Shown: positions 18,623 through 28,979, counted from the first letter of the stretch. The stretch: DNA of 64,000 nt from Deltaproteobacteria bacterium (GCA_032128115.1 JAQBHB010000041.1:128001-192000); one strand, 5' to 3'. Numbers and translations are program-made. Notes: generated by a model not told the origin, from the letters alone.

Positions 18623-20113
18623 GTGAGCGACGGCCCCCTGCGCCACGCGCCCGGCTCCCGGCTGGCGCTGGTCCGCTACTCGGGCGATCTGGGCACCAAG
18701 GGACGGGCCACCCGGCGCCAGTTCCAGAATCGGCTGGTGTCCAACCTGAAGGATGCCCTGGCCTCGTGCGGCGTGACGCCGCGCCTGCAGGTCACCCACG
18801 ACAGGATCTTCGCGGAGGTGCGCCACGACTCGGCGATCGAAGCCCTGACCCGGGTCTTCGGAGTCCAGTCCGTTTCCGTGGTGGAGCGCCGCCCCGCCGG
18901 AGACCTGGACGCGTTGGTCCGGGCGGGCGAGGAGCTCTTTCGCGAGCGGGTGCGAGGGCGCCGGTTCGCCGTACGGGCCCGGCGGGTGGGCGATCGAGCG
19001 CGGGTGCGGATCCACGGCGGCGACGTGGAGCGGGCCCTGGGCACCGCCCTGCTGCCGGTCTCGGCGGGAGTCGACCTGGACGCCCCGGAAGAGACGGTGC
19101 ACGTGGAACTCCTGGAGGGCGAGGCCTGCTTCTTCCGCGAGCAGATCCCAGCGCCGGGAGGAATTCCGCTGGGTGCCGAGGGTCGAGCGGTGGCACTGGT
19201 TTCCGGGGGTTTCGATTCGGCGGTCGCCGCCTGGCAGCTGCAGAGGCGCGGCGTCCGACTCGACTACGTCTTCTGCAACCTGGGTGGTGTCAGCCACCTG
19301 CAGGGTGTGCTGCGGGTGATGAAGGTGCTGGCCGACCGCTGGTCGTACGGGGACCAGCCCCGCCTGCACACCATCGACTTCGATCCACTGGCCAGCGAGC
19401 TGCGCGAGCGCACCGCATCCCGCTATTGGCAGGTGTTGCTCAAGCGTCTGATGCTGCGCGCCGCCGAGCAGATCGCCAGCGTGCGACGCGCAACGGCAAT
19501 CGTCACCGGCGACGCCATGGGCCAGGTGTCGTCGCAGACGCTGCAGAACCTGGCCGTGATCTCACACGGGGCTACGCACCTGGTGCTGCGCCCCCTGGTG
19601 GGTCTCAACAAGGAAGAGATCATCGAGCAGGCGCAACGCATCGGCACCGCGGAGCTCTCGCGGGTGGTGGGCGAGTACTGCGCCATGGTGCCGCGCCGGC
19701 CCGCCACTGCCGCCACGCTGGAGGCCGTGCTCGGCGAGGAGGCGAAGCTCGACCTCTCGAAGCTCGACCATGCCGTGTCCGTGCGCAGCGCCTTCGATCT
19801 GCGAACGTTGGACGTGGAGAAGCTCGAGGCGCCGGGGCCATCGATTGCACGGGTCCCGGAATCGGCCACCGTGCTCGACCTGCGCTCCGCGGCTGGGTAC
19901 CGCCACTGGCACTACCCGGACGCTCTGCGCCTGGATTTCGCCCAGGCCCTGAAGGCCTACCCGCGCTTCGATCGCTCCCAGTCCTACGTGCTGTACTGCG
20001 AGTTCGGCCTGAAGAGCGCCCACCTGGCCGACCTGATGCGGCGCGAGGGCTTCGACGCCGCCGCCTTCCGCGGGGGCCAGTCGGCGCTCAAGCACACACT
20101 GGAAGCAGACTAG
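18623..20113 (+). CDS. thiI: tRNA 4-thiouridine synthase with C-terminal rhodanese domain
   Basis: THUMP domain, SGGFDS PP-loop, GQVSSQTL.NL, RPL....KEEII..A..IGT, EYC, rhodanese YCEFGLKS. Confidence 0.92.
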   Translation: MSDGPLRHAPGSRLALVRYSGDLGTKGRATRRQFQNRLVSNLKDALASCGVTPRLQVTHDRIFAEVRHDSAIEALTRVFGVQSVSVVERRPAGDLDALVRAGEELFRERVRGRRFAVRARRVGDRARVRIHGGDVERALGTALLPVSAGVDLDAPEETVHVELLEGEACFFREQIPAPGGIPLGAEGRAVALVSGGFDSAVAAWQLQRRGVRLDYVFCNLGGVSHLQGVLRVMKVLADRWSYGDQPRLHTIDFDPLASELRERTASRYWQVLLKRLMLRAAEQIASVRRATAIVTGDAMGQVSSQTLQNLAVISHGATHLVLRPLVGLNKEEIIEQAQRIGTAELSRVVGEYCAMVPRRPATAATLEAVLGEEAKLDLSKLDHAVSVRSAFDLRTLDVEKLEAPGPSIARVPESATVLDLRSAAGYRHWHYPDALRLDFAQALKAYPRFDRSQSYVLYCEFGLKSAHLADLMRREGFDAAAFRGGQSALKHTLEAD

Positions 20114-20790
20114 TTTCCCGAATCGCTCTCGGCGCCGGGGGCGAGCTGGTCAAGCAGCCGCTGGCGCTCGTCCCAAGGCAAGTCGTGTAATCGTCTCCAG
20201 GCGGAGCGCAGACGTTCGCGATCCTCGGGCGGAAGATCGCGAAAGCGCTTGGCGTTCTGCTGGACCGCGTCGCGATCCTCCGGCGCAAGCGAGCGCAGGC
20301 GGTGGAAGCGATCGCGCAGGGCCTCGCGCTCGTCCTCGGGCAGGGACCGTAAACGCGAGAGATCGTCCCTCAGCTCGCGACGCTCCTCGGGGGGAAGATC
20401 CCGGACGTTCTCGCGAAAGCGCTGGCGCTCTTCCGGCTCCATGCGACCCCAACGCTCGCGCAGTTCGCGCCGCTCCTCGGGGGGAAGGTTCTCGAGCAAG
20501 CGCGGGGGGCGTGCGCGCTCCGAGGATCGCTGATCCATGCGTTCCCGCATGCGCTCCCGTTCTTCGGGCGTCGCCGCCTCCCAACGCTCACGCCTGTCTT
20601 CGCGCATGCGCTCCCGCTGCTCGGGTGTCGCCGACTCCCTGTGCTCGCGGGCCTGCTCCCGCTGGCGCTGGACATCGCGCCACTCGGGAGGCGTACGCCG
20701 CTGCGGCACGTCATCGCCGAATGCAGGCACGGCCATCAGCGTGCAGAGTCCCAGCGTCAGGCCGGACGCGATGGCGATTTTACGGCTCAT
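20110..20790 (-). CDS. Secreted helical-repeat protein (DUF3106-like)
   Basis: Signal peptide then repeated L(P)PEER..LR..W units; coupled to the anti-sigma gene. Confidence 0.75.
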   Translation of the reverse strand: MSRKIAIASGLTLGLCTLMAVPAFGDDVPQRRTPPEWRDVQRQREQAREHRESATPEQRERMREDRRERWEAATPEERERMRERMDQRSSERARPPRLLENLPPEERRELRERWGRMEPEERQRFRENVRDLPPEERRELRDDLSRLRSLPEDEREALRDRFHRLRSLAPEDRDAVQQNAKRFRDLPPEDRERLRSAWRRLHDLPWDERQRLLDQLAPGAESDSGN

Positions 20791-21458
20791 CCCGCTTCGG
20801 ACTCCAGGTCGATCAGGCGGGACAACAGGTCCAGGTTGGCAATCACCTCCAGGTCTTCCAGCGTCTCCAACTCGAGCGCCATGGCGAGTTCTTCCTCGGA
20901 GACCACCTCGAGATCGATCTCGGTCTCGGGCACGGGCTCGGGCTCGATCGCGGCGACCACCGGCGCGGGCAACGGCTCCGGCGCGGGGGCGATGCGCTCG
21001 AGTTCGGTCTCGATCTGTGCCACCGGGATGGGGGACTCGCCCGGAACCGGGCCCTCGACCGAACGCAGCGTCCAGAACAGGACCGCGGCGGCGGCGGCCG
21101 CCGCCGCCGAAAATACCGCGACAGGACGAGCGTACCAGCGCCCGGGCCGCGGAGCGTGCGCGCGCACCGGTCGCACGCGACGAGGGCGGATCTCCGCGTC
21201 GAGAGCCCCGCCCGCATCGGCTTCGATCCGGGCCGCGAGCCGGGCGCGCAGATCCGAGGGGACGGCCGGCGCCGGTGCGCCCATCAGCAGACCATCTACC
21301 CGTCGCAGCCCCTCGCAGTAGGCGCTGCAGTGGGGGCACGATTCCACGTGCGTCCGCACCGCGGTCTCGAGCTGCCCCGCAAGCTCCCCGTCGACGAGTG
21401 CCGACAGGTGCTCTTCATATGCCGTACAGGCCGTGGGAAGTTCGGACACGTCCGTCAC
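20787..21458 (-). CDS. Anti-sigma factor (zf-HC2) with TM helix
   Basis: LSALVDGEL.......HVESCPHC, TM segment, LE..EDL.VI.NLDLL tail. Confidence 0.88.
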   Translation of the reverse strand: MTDVSELPTACTAYEEHLSALVDGELAGQLETAVRTHVESCPHCSAYCEGLRRVDGLLMGAPAPAVPSDLRARLAARIEADAGGALDAEIRPRRVRPVRAHAPRPGRWYARPVAVFSAAAAAAAAVLFWTLRSVEGPVPGESPIPVAQIETELERIAPAPEPLPAPVVAAIEPEPVPETEIDLEVVSEEELAMALELETLEDLEVIANLDLLSRLIDLESEAG

Positions 21459-22087
21459 ACCTCGCGTTGTAACCTGCCCGCCAGCGTCGAGCGAGCCCGG
21501 TGCACCAGGGCCTTCACGGCCTGCTCAGTCACGTCGAGAGCCTCCGCCACCTCGGCGTAGGCGAGGCCCTCCACGGCCGTGAGCCACAGGGCCGCGCGCT
21601 GTCGCTCGGGAAGCGCATCGAGTTCCCGGGCCGCTGCCTCACCCAGCCGGCGCGCGTGGACCACGTCGTCCACGGCAGACGTTTCGGCCGCCAGGGGTCG
21701 GGCGTCGTCTTCATCCATGCTGTCGTGGGGGTCGCGGCGCCGGGGCCGACGCAGCTCGTTGAGGGCCAGGTTCGTCCCGATCCGGTAGAGCCAGGTGGAG
21801 AAGCGCGCCTCGGGCTTGTAACGCTCGCGGGCCCGGTAAACACGGAGAAAGACCTCCTGAACCAGCTCCTCCGCCGTGCCCGTGTCGCGCACCATGCGCT
21901 CCAGGTAGCGGAGCAGGGGGGCCGACCAGCGCTCGAAGAGTCGGTCGAAGGCCGCGGCCTCCCCATGGCGGAAGGCGAGCATCAGCCCTACGTCGTCGTC
22001 CACACTGCGCAGGTCCGCCTCCGCTCCCCCTTCCAACCCTTCAGAAGGCGCTCGGTTGCGCTCATTCCCCGCGGGGTCGCGCTTCAT
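21455..22087 (-). CDS. ECF RNA polymerase sigma-70 factor
   Basis: AEELVQEVFLRVYR, FSTWLYRI..N, LPERQR.A......EGL.Y.E.A. Confidence 0.92.
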   Translation of the reverse strand: MKRDPAGNERNRAPSEGLEGGAEADLRSVDDDVGLMLAFRHGEAAAFDRLFERWSAPLLRYLERMVRDTGTAEELVQEVFLRVYRARERYKPEARFSTWLYRIGTNLALNELRRPRRRDPHDSMDEDDARPLAAETSAVDDVVHARRLGEAAARELDALPERQRAALWLTAVEGLAYAEVAEALDVTEQAVKALVHRARSTLAGRLQREV

Positions 22088-22938
22088 CCGCCTCGTGGGC
22101 CAGCAGGACCCGGCGAGATCCCCTGGAGAAAGCAGATGACGGCCGCGTTGAAGGCCTCCGCCTGCTCGATATTGGCGATATGTCCGGCGTCGGCGAGGGT
22201 GACGCGCTGGGCGGCCGGCAGGCGGGCCGTCATCACCTCGGCCGCCCTCAGGTAGGCTTCGTCCTTCTCCCCCACCAGCACCAGACAGGGGCACGCGATC
22301 GAGGCCAGCTCGTCGATCACCGGAGGCGCCGGAGCGGCCACCCGGCGCGCGAAGCAGGCCAGACCCGTGGGATCCTGGGCCGCGATGGCGCGCCCGGCGG
22401 CCCGGGCCGCCGGAAGCTCGGGCCGCAGGCCGATGGCGGTAACCGCGGCCCGGCTCGCGACGAAGGCCACAAGACCTTTGGTCTCGATGAAGCCCGCCGT
22501 CCGCTCCACCATGGCCTCCCACCTCTGCTGCGCCTCCCGCTTCTTGAAACCCGGACCGCTGCCGGCCAGCACCAGGGCCTGCACCCGTTCGGGATTGGCG
22601 ACCGCGTAGTGGAGCGACGCCAGACCGCCGAAGGAGAGGCCCGCCAGCACGGCGGGCCGGTCGGGCTCGAGCGCATCGAGCACGCGACCCAGGTCTTCGA
22701 CCACCCGCTCCATGGAATAGGCCGCCGGATCGCCGGGCGCGTCGGACTTCCCGTGACCGCGGTAGTCCCACAGCATCACGCGGAAACCCGCGGCGGTGAG
22801 CGGCGCCACCTGGGCGCGCCAGTTTTCGTGGGTGGTGCACAGCCCACACGAGAACAGGACGGAAGCCGAGGATCCCGAATCCGGCTCGTGAACTTCGGTA
22901 TAGAGCTTGATGCCGTCGCTCGCTGTAACAAAGGCCAC
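22084..22938 (-). CDS. Alpha/beta-fold hydrolase
   Basis: WDYRGHG.S, GLSFGG nucleophile elbow, GEKD, AGH..N.E. Confidence 0.88.
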   Translation of the reverse strand: MAFVTASDGIKLYTEVHEPDSGSSASVLFSCGLCTTHENWRAQVAPLTAAGFRVMLWDYRGHGKSDAPGDPAAYSMERVVEDLGRVLDALEPDRPAVLAGLSFGGLASLHYAVANPERVQALVLAGSGPGFKKREAQQRWEAMVERTAGFIETKGLVAFVASRAAVTAIGLRPELPAARAAGRAIAAQDPTGLACFARRVAAPAPPVIDELASIACPCLVLVGEKDEAYLRAAEVMTARLPAAQRVTLADAGHIANIEQAEAFNAAVICFLQGISPGPAGPRGG

Positions 22939-22940
22939 CG

Positions 22941-23357
22941 CTAGCCCAACAGCTCCCGAAGCGCGTCGGCCATGTCGTTCATCTGGTCCTGCATGGCCCC
23001 CTTGATGGTGAACTCGGGCACGAGCGACCTGGTGCGACCATCGAGCTGGATGCGGACCCGGGTCTTGTCGCCGCGCTCCCGGAACGTCAGCGCTCCCTCG
23101 AGCGCGCTCCACACGCGCCCATCGCACACCTTCTCGAAGCGGATGTCGCCGTCGGGCAGGAGATCGAAGTGGAACGTGGCGGTTCCCTCACGGCCCAGGG
23201 CGCGGTAGTGGGCGCGTAGGGTCCGTCGGCTCTCGCTCCGGTCGACGATCTCGGTCTTCGCCTCGGGGAACAGGGCGGGAAGCGTCTCGTCGCGGGCCGC
23301 CACCTTCACGGCCTCGGCGCGCGGCTGGGATACGTCGAACTGCTTTTCGAGATGCAC
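22941..23357 (-). CDS. SRPBCC/START-like protein
   Basis: Size and beta-rich pattern with C-terminal amphipathic helix. Confidence 0.6.
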   Translation of the reverse strand: MHLEKQFDVSQPRAEAVKVAARDETLPALFPEAKTEIVDRSESRRTLRAHYRALGREGTATFHFDLLPDGDIRFEKVCDGRVWSALEGALTFRERGDKTRVRIQLDGRTRSLVPEFTIKGAMQDQMNDMADALRELLG

Positions 23358-25064
23358 CTATCGGATCTCCACGATGACCGGTGGGAGCAGGGCCGGGGTA
23401 CGGTCGGTGAGGGCCGACAGCCAGGGCTCCAGATCCCGCACCAGTCGGGGAAGCTCGGGCAGCGCGGCAGCGCGCAGCCCCCCGAGCGCCTCGCCGATCT
23501 GTTCGGGCAACGACCTGGGCGGCGGATACGTGATGAGCGCCACGTCTGCGTCCTCGTCCAGCTCGAGCATCACCTTTGCGCGCGACACGGCGGCGCGCAG
23601 CCCCCCCAGGCCATCCAGGAGGCCGGCTTGCGCCGCCTGCTCTCCGGTCCAGACGCGTCCCTGTCCCAGCTCGTCGACCCGATCGTTGGAAAGCTTGCGG
23701 CCGCTGGCCACCCGCTCCACGAACAGGTCGTAGATCGACTCCACCTCCTCGCGCAATCGCGCGCGGCTTTCGGGCGAGAGCGGCTGCGAGGCCAGCAGCA
23801 GATCGGCGTGGGCGCCCCGTGTCACCGGCTGCACGCCAATTCCGAGTTTCTGGAACATCCCGCCGAGTACCGGCCGCATCACGAAAACGCCGATGGAGCC
23901 GGTCAGGCTTCCCGGCGACGCGATCACCTGGTCGGCGCCCACCGCCACGTAGTATCCCCCGGACGCCGCCACGTCCGACACCGACGCGATCACCGGTTTG
24001 CCCGTCTTGCGCGCCGCTCGCACCGCGCTCCACACCATGTCCGAGGCCAGGGCCGAGCCACCGGGACTGTCGATGCGCAGGATGATGGCATCGATGGCAT
24101 CGTCCGCCGCCGCGTCTCGGAGCGCCGTGGAGACCGTGTCCGACGCAAGCACGGGATTGCCGGACCGCGACGTGGCGCCCTTGCCCACCAGCACCATGCC
24201 GGTTCCGTAGACCAGCGCGAATTGCGCCACGGGCTCGAAGCCCAGCGACGCGGGATCCACCCCGGCATACTTCGAGTCCTCGATCACGGGGTCGGACCCC
24301 AGCGAATCGATCAACTCACCGTACTGGGAGATTCCGTCGATGAGCCCCAACTCGAGCATCTCTTCCGCAGTCATGGGCGCGCGCTCGATCGCCGCCCGCA
24401 CCGCGTCGGGGCTCAGGCCCCGCCCTTCGGCGATTCCTGCCACGAACTGGCCAGCGATGGAGTCGAGCAGCGAATCCACCATCTCCCGGTGCGCCGGGCT
24501 CATCTCGTGTCCCGCGAAGGTGTCGGCCGCGGTCTTGAAACGCCCGATGCGTTCCACCTCCACTTCCACGCCGATCTTTTCGAACATGCCGCCCAGGAAC
24601 AGATACTCGGCGGCCAGGCCCACGAGCGCCGCGCGCGACGCCGGCGCCTCGTAGATCGACTCCGCGGCCGTAGCCACGTAGTACTCCTTCTGGGACTGGA
24701 ACGATTCCAGTTCCAGGTGCGCCAGCGTCTTGCGGCCGGCGCGTCGCAGGTCGGCGATGGCGTCGCGGATCTCCTGGGCCTTGCCCCAACCCAGCTCCAG
24801 GTCGCGAATCCGGAACACCACGGTCTTCAGGCGATCGTCGCGTTCAGCCTTGCGAAGATCGGACAGGATCGACACGAAGGGTCGGCGCCGCTCGCCCAGG
24901 AGCCGCGACAGGATCGAAGGTTCCGCCGCCTCCAGATAACTCCCAGAAATCTCCACGACCAGGGTGGAACCGGGCGCGACCGTCGGGCCGCTGGACGGCG
25001 AGAACCACAACCAGGCCACCCACAGCAGAATCACGACCAGGACAATCGAGCGGAACCGTCGCAT
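23358..25064 (-). CDS. sppA: Signal peptide peptidase SppA (S49, two-domain)
   Basis: LRIDSPGGSALASD, AASGGYY, TGSIGV, GRVWTG.QA...GL.D. Confidence 0.92.
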   Translation of the reverse strand: MRRFRSIVLVVILLWVAWLWFSPSSGPTVAPGSTLVVEISGSYLEAAEPSILSRLLGERRRPFVSILSDLRKAERDDRLKTVVFRIRDLELGWGKAQEIRDAIADLRRAGRKTLAHLELESFQSQKEYYVATAAESIYEAPASRAALVGLAAEYLFLGGMFEKIGVEVEVERIGRFKTAADTFAGHEMSPAHREMVDSLLDSIAGQFVAGIAEGRGLSPDAVRAAIERAPMTAEEMLELGLIDGISQYGELIDSLGSDPVIEDSKYAGVDPASLGFEPVAQFALVYGTGMVLVGKGATSRSGNPVLASDTVSTALRDAAADDAIDAIILRIDSPGGSALASDMVWSAVRAARKTGKPVIASVSDVAASGGYYVAVGADQVIASPGSLTGSIGVFVMRPVLGGMFQKLGIGVQPVTRGAHADLLLASQPLSPESRARLREEVESIYDLFVERVASGRKLSNDRVDELGQGRVWTGEQAAQAGLLDGLGGLRAAVSRAKVMLELDEDADVALITYPPPRSLPEQIGEALGGLRAAALPELPRLVRDLEPWLSALTDRTPALLPPVIVEIR

Positions 25065-25119
25065 GGGCGTGCCCTCCCTAGGCCCGTCTCCGGCCAAGCC
25101 TAGGCTATCCTCGGCCGGC

Positions 25120-26727
25120 GTGGCCAAGGATGTCTACATCGCGTCCGTCGGCCTCACCAAGGTCGACCTCACCGGCAACATCTTCAGCAGCGTCTTCGAT
25201 CTCTTCGCCGAAGCCTACCTCAAGGCCCTGGAGGACTCGTCGGTCCGGAGCTTCGACGCAGTGCAGGTGGGGATCATGGACAGCGAGGAGTTCGAGAATC
25301 GCGCCAACATCGCCACCAAGATCGCCGACCGCCTGGGGCTGACGGGGATTCCAGCGATTCGATCGGAAACCGCCTCGTCCACGGGCGCCGCCGCGCTTCA
25401 CGAGGCCTACTACAAGATCGCCTCGGGGGAGTTCGACAGCGTCCTGGTGCTCGGCGGCGAGCGCATGAAGATGGTGACCACCGAGGTGGCCACCCGGATC
25501 ATGTCGAAAACCGTCGATCCCGAGGAACGGCGCTTCGGCTTCACCATGCCGGCACTGATTGCCCTGGTGACCCAGGCCTGGTTCCGGGAACGCCGGATCA
25601 AGGGCCAGGGCGTCTCCGATGTGTTGGCCCGGCTGATGTTCCGGGCACACGCCCTGGGGAGCCAGAATCCGCTGGCCGCCTTCTTCGGCAGACCCGAGCC
25701 CCTGGAGGCCTACTTCGACGCCAGCAAGAACCTGCCGGTGGCCACGCCGCTCATGCGCAAGGACTGCTCGCCCATCTGCGATGGTGCCGCCGCTGTGATC
25801 CTGACGTCGCGCCCCCAGGCCGTGCGTATCGCCGGGTTGGGATCCGCCACGGAGACCTCTTCGATCCTCGATCGGGAGGCGCTCACGTGCCTGGACGCTA
25901 CCCGCCACGCGGCCCGGATCGCCTACTGGCGCGCCGGCGTCGCCAACCCCCGTGAGCTCGAGGGGCGGGTGGTGGAGGTGCACGACGCATTCAACAGCCT
26001 GCTGCCCATCGGCCTGGTGGATCTGGGGCTGCTGGATGCGGACGACGTGCTGGAAGCCCTGGTGGGCGACGTGCGCCACGACCCGCCCAATCCCTATGAC
26101 CACCCGGTCACCGGCCCTCGCGGCGCGCTTCCCACCAACCTGTCCGGCGGGCTCAAGGCGCGGGGACACCCGGTGGGAGGCACGGGGCTGTTCCAGATCG
26201 CGGAGAACTACCTGCAGATCACCGATCGCTTCCCGAACCAGCGCGCCCAGGTGCCCGGGGCGAAGATCGGCATCGCCCATTCCATTGGCGGCCCGGGCAA
26301 CAACAACTACGTGACGCTGATCGAGTCCACGGACAGCCGGCGGCGGCGCGAGACCGTGCCCAGGCCGCGCCTCCACTACGAGTCGCGCAAGCGCCGCCCC
26401 GAACGCGAGACCGCCACGAAGCTGCATGGATCCAACGCCGTCGTGGACGCCGCCACCACCATCTACGTCACGTCCGGCGGCGGCGAGCCCTTGCACGTGG
26501 CCCTTCTCAACATCGACGGCCACCGGGTCTTCGCCAAGATGGACCGTGCCCCCGAGGAGGGCGAGGCGCCTGAGCAGGTGCTGGCGGGCCAGAAGGTGCG
26601 GCTGCTGGTGAAGGACGACGGCGATCAGTACTTCCAGATTCCGCGCGGCGTGAGCTTCGACCTGGGCCGCGTCGTCCAATCGATCCGCCGCGCCGTCGGG
26701 CGCAACAGCGAAGACGTCTCCCCCTGA
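25120..26727 (+). CDS. Thiolase-fold protein (SCP2/archaeal type) lacking the catalytic Cys, with C-terminal DUF35-like OB fold
   Basis: DCSPI.DGAAA, EVHDAF, N.SGGLKARGHPVGGTG, HSIGG; ETASSTG at the usual E.ACASG site. Confidence 0.85.
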   Translation: MAKDVYIASVGLTKVDLTGNIFSSVFDLFAEAYLKALEDSSVRSFDAVQVGIMDSEEFENRANIATKIADRLGLTGIPAIRSETASSTGAAALHEAYYKIASGEFDSVLVLGGERMKMVTTEVATRIMSKTVDPEERRFGFTMPALIALVTQAWFRERRIKGQGVSDVLARLMFRAHALGSQNPLAAFFGRPEPLEAYFDASKNLPVATPLMRKDCSPICDGAAAVILTSRPQAVRIAGLGSATETSSILDREALTCLDATRHAARIAYWRAGVANPRELEGRVVEVHDAFNSLLPIGLVDLGLLDADDVLEALVGDVRHDPPNPYDHPVTGPRGALPTNLSGGLKARGHPVGGTGLFQIAENYLQITDRFPNQRAQVPGAKIGIAHSIGGPGNNNYVTLIESTDSRRRRETVPRPRLHYESRKRRPERETATKLHGSNAVVDAATTIYVTSGGGEPLHVALLNIDGHRVFAKMDRAPEEGEAPEQVLAGQKVRLLVKDDGDQYFQIPRGVSFDLGRVVQSIRRAVGRNSEDVSP

Positions 26728-26784
26728 GCGCGATCTTGCCGGATTCCGGGCGTATAATGGCCGGAGTCATTGGGAGGAGCGCGC

Positions 26785-27678
26785 GTGAAGATCCGACCGT
26801 TTCGCGACGACGACGCGGAGAGCCTGGTTGCGTTGGCCGCGAGCTGCGCGCGGGGCGAGAACGACTTCGTACTCAATCCCTACTGGGAGACCCGCGAAGA
26901 GCTGCACGCCGAATTCGAACGCTTCGGCATCAAGCCCGCGGAGCACCTGTTGGTGGCCGACGACGGCGACGGCGGGGTGCACGGCCTCGCGGGCTTCCTG
27001 CGCCATCCCGGGGCCAGTGCCGCCGGAATGTTCTGCCCCATCGTGGGCCGCAGCGAGCGCGGCCGCGGAGTCGGTGGGCAGCTGTTGCGCGCCGCTCAGG
27101 AGCTGGGCCCGCGCATCGGCATCGAGCTCGCCACGGCCGGCATCGGCACCCGCAACCGCGCCGGCTATTCACTGCTCACGAGCCACGGCTTCCGACCCGT
27201 GCGCCAGCACTTCCTGATGCGCTGCGATGAAAAACGTGAAGGCGCGGCGTCACCGATGGCCGACGTGGAGTTCGACGTGGGCGCACCCGATGACGCGGGC
27301 GAGATCCTGGAGGTCTACGCTGCCTGTGGCTTCGAGGAACGCAGCCCCGAGACCATGCAGACCCTGTTCGCAGACGAGCGCCACGCCCACGCGGTGGCCC
27401 GACACGGGGGGCGCGTGATCGCGTTCGCCGAGATCGAGACCCACTGGCCGCGTCGCGTCTGGGTGGCCTACGTGGGAGTGGCCACCGCCCAGCGCGATCG
27501 CGGTCTCGGATCGGCACTGGTGGCCTGGGCACTCGAGCGCCAGTTCGACGCGGGAGCCGAGCGCGCCCTGCTGATGCTCTCGCCCGCCAACCGCACGGCC
27601 CTGCGGGCCTACGAGAAGGTGGGCTTCCGCCGTCACCGCCTGGTGGACGTGCTGGAAAAGAAGCTCTCAGCTCCCTGA
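26785..27678 (+). CDS. Tandem GNAT acetyltransferase
   Basis: Two acetyl-CoA-binding motifs (RGRGVG, RDRGLG) and N..A...YEKVGF; GGAGG RBS; TATAAT at 26753. Confidence 0.85.
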   Translation: MKIRPFRDDDAESLVALAASCARGENDFVLNPYWETREELHAEFERFGIKPAEHLLVADDGDGGVHGLAGFLRHPGASAAGMFCPIVGRSERGRGVGGQLLRAAQELGPRIGIELATAGIGTRNRAGYSLLTSHGFRPVRQHFLMRCDEKREGAASPMADVEFDVGAPDDAGEILEVYAACGFEERSPETMQTLFADERHAHAVARHGGRVIAFAEIETHWPRRVWVAYVGVATAQRDRGLGSALVAWALERQFDAGAERALLMLSPANRTALRAYEKVGFRRHRLVDVLEKKLSAP

Positions 27679-28911
27679 ACTGCGCTTCGCCAGTAGCTCG
27701 AACGTCGCGATCTCTCGTGAGCAGTTGATGCGGATGGCGGGACCTCCCACGCCGAGGCCGCGATTCACGTACAGGGTGGAGCCGTTGCGCCGGTAGATCC
27801 CGCGGGTGAAGCCCGAAACCAGCCGGGCCAGGTTGTAACGGCCGCCGGGAGTCGGCAGTGCCAGCTGTCCCCCGTGGGTATGACCTGCCAGCACCAGGGG
27901 GAATCCCAGGCGCGCGGCCTGGGGAAAGGCCTGGGGTCGGTGGACGAGCAGCACCACCGGGGCGCCGTCCGGCGTGGCGTCTGCCACCACCTGCATGCCC
28001 GCAAGCTCCAGCTCGCGATCGGACCAGTGGTGTCCGGGATCCTCGACGCCCGCCAGATACAGGGTTTCGTCCAGCGGGAGCCGCACCACCTCGTCGCGCA
28101 GCAACCTGATGTTGGGCGCGAAGCGGGCCAGACCCTCCGCCACCCGGTCGGCGCCCGTGTAGTAGTCGTGGTTACCCAGAACGGCGTAGACACCGTGGCG
28201 CGCACGCAGGGAGGCCAGCCCACGCGCTCCTTGTTCGATGACGGCCGGGTCGAAGTCGAAGATGTCTCCGGTGATTGCGATGGCGTCGGGCTCGAGGGCG
28301 TTGGTGCGCTCCACCATGCGTGCGAGCTTCGCGCCCTGCATGCGGTTGCCGATGTGGAGATCGCTGATCTGCACCAGGCGGAAGCCGTCCAGATCCGGAT
28401 GTAGCCCGGGAAGCTCTACGCGCACGCGAGGCCGCGCCACGATGGCCTGCCCCCCGGTAAATCCCCACAACACCAACGCAGTGGAGCTGCCCACCAGGGC
28501 CAGGCTTCCCGCGCGGAAGGCCCCGAAAATCGCGTCGAAGCCAACACCCAGCAGCGATGCCAATCCCCAGCCGGGCAGGAACAGCAGCCACGCAGCGGTC
28601 ACCACCAGGCCAAGCAGCAACGTCGCCACCGCCAGCGCCAGATAGCAGCGTGCCACGAAGCCGCTGATGCCACCGCGGCGGCGTCCGTTTCGCACCGCGG
28701 GCGCCAGCAGCGCGTTTCCCGCCACCAGCGCAACCGCCGCAGCGAATCCCATGCCGGGACCGAATGGTGTAATGCCCGTCACCACGATTCCGGCCCAATG
28801 CACCACGAGAACCTGGGCTGCGCCAAGCATCAGCGCGAGGTTCAGCACCAGATTCTCGAACAGCAGGCGTTGCAACATCGGACGCGAAACGAGCAGCGTG
28901 ATCTCCGTCAC
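27667..28911 (-). CDS. Membrane-anchored metallophosphoesterase (YkuE/YaeI-like)
   Basis: SDLH, TGD, GNHD, LVH.P, GHTHGGQ, NRGLG. Confidence 0.9.
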   Translation of the reverse strand: MTEITLLVSRPMLQRLLFENLVLNLALMLGAAQVLVVHWAGIVVTGITPFGPGMGFAAAVALVAGNALLAPAVRNGRRRGGISGFVARCYLALAVATLLLGLVVTAAWLLFLPGWGLASLLGVGFDAIFGAFRAGSLALVGSSTALVLWGFTGGQAIVARPRVRVELPGLHPDLDGFRLVQISDLHIGNRMQGAKLARMVERTNALEPDAIAITGDIFDFDPAVIEQGARGLASLRARHGVYAVLGNHDYYTGADRVAEGLARFAPNIRLLRDEVVRLPLDETLYLAGVEDPGHHWSDRELELAGMQVVADATPDGAPVVLLVHRPQAFPQAARLGFPLVLAGHTHGGQLALPTPGGRYNLARLVSGFTRGIYRRNGSTLYVNRGLGVGGPAIRINCSREIATFELLAKRSSGS

Positions 28912-28979
28912 GAGAGTCCCGTCGGTGAATCGACGGAGCCGGCGAGCACCGGGAGTCTAGCTTCGGTAGCCTTACGCGC

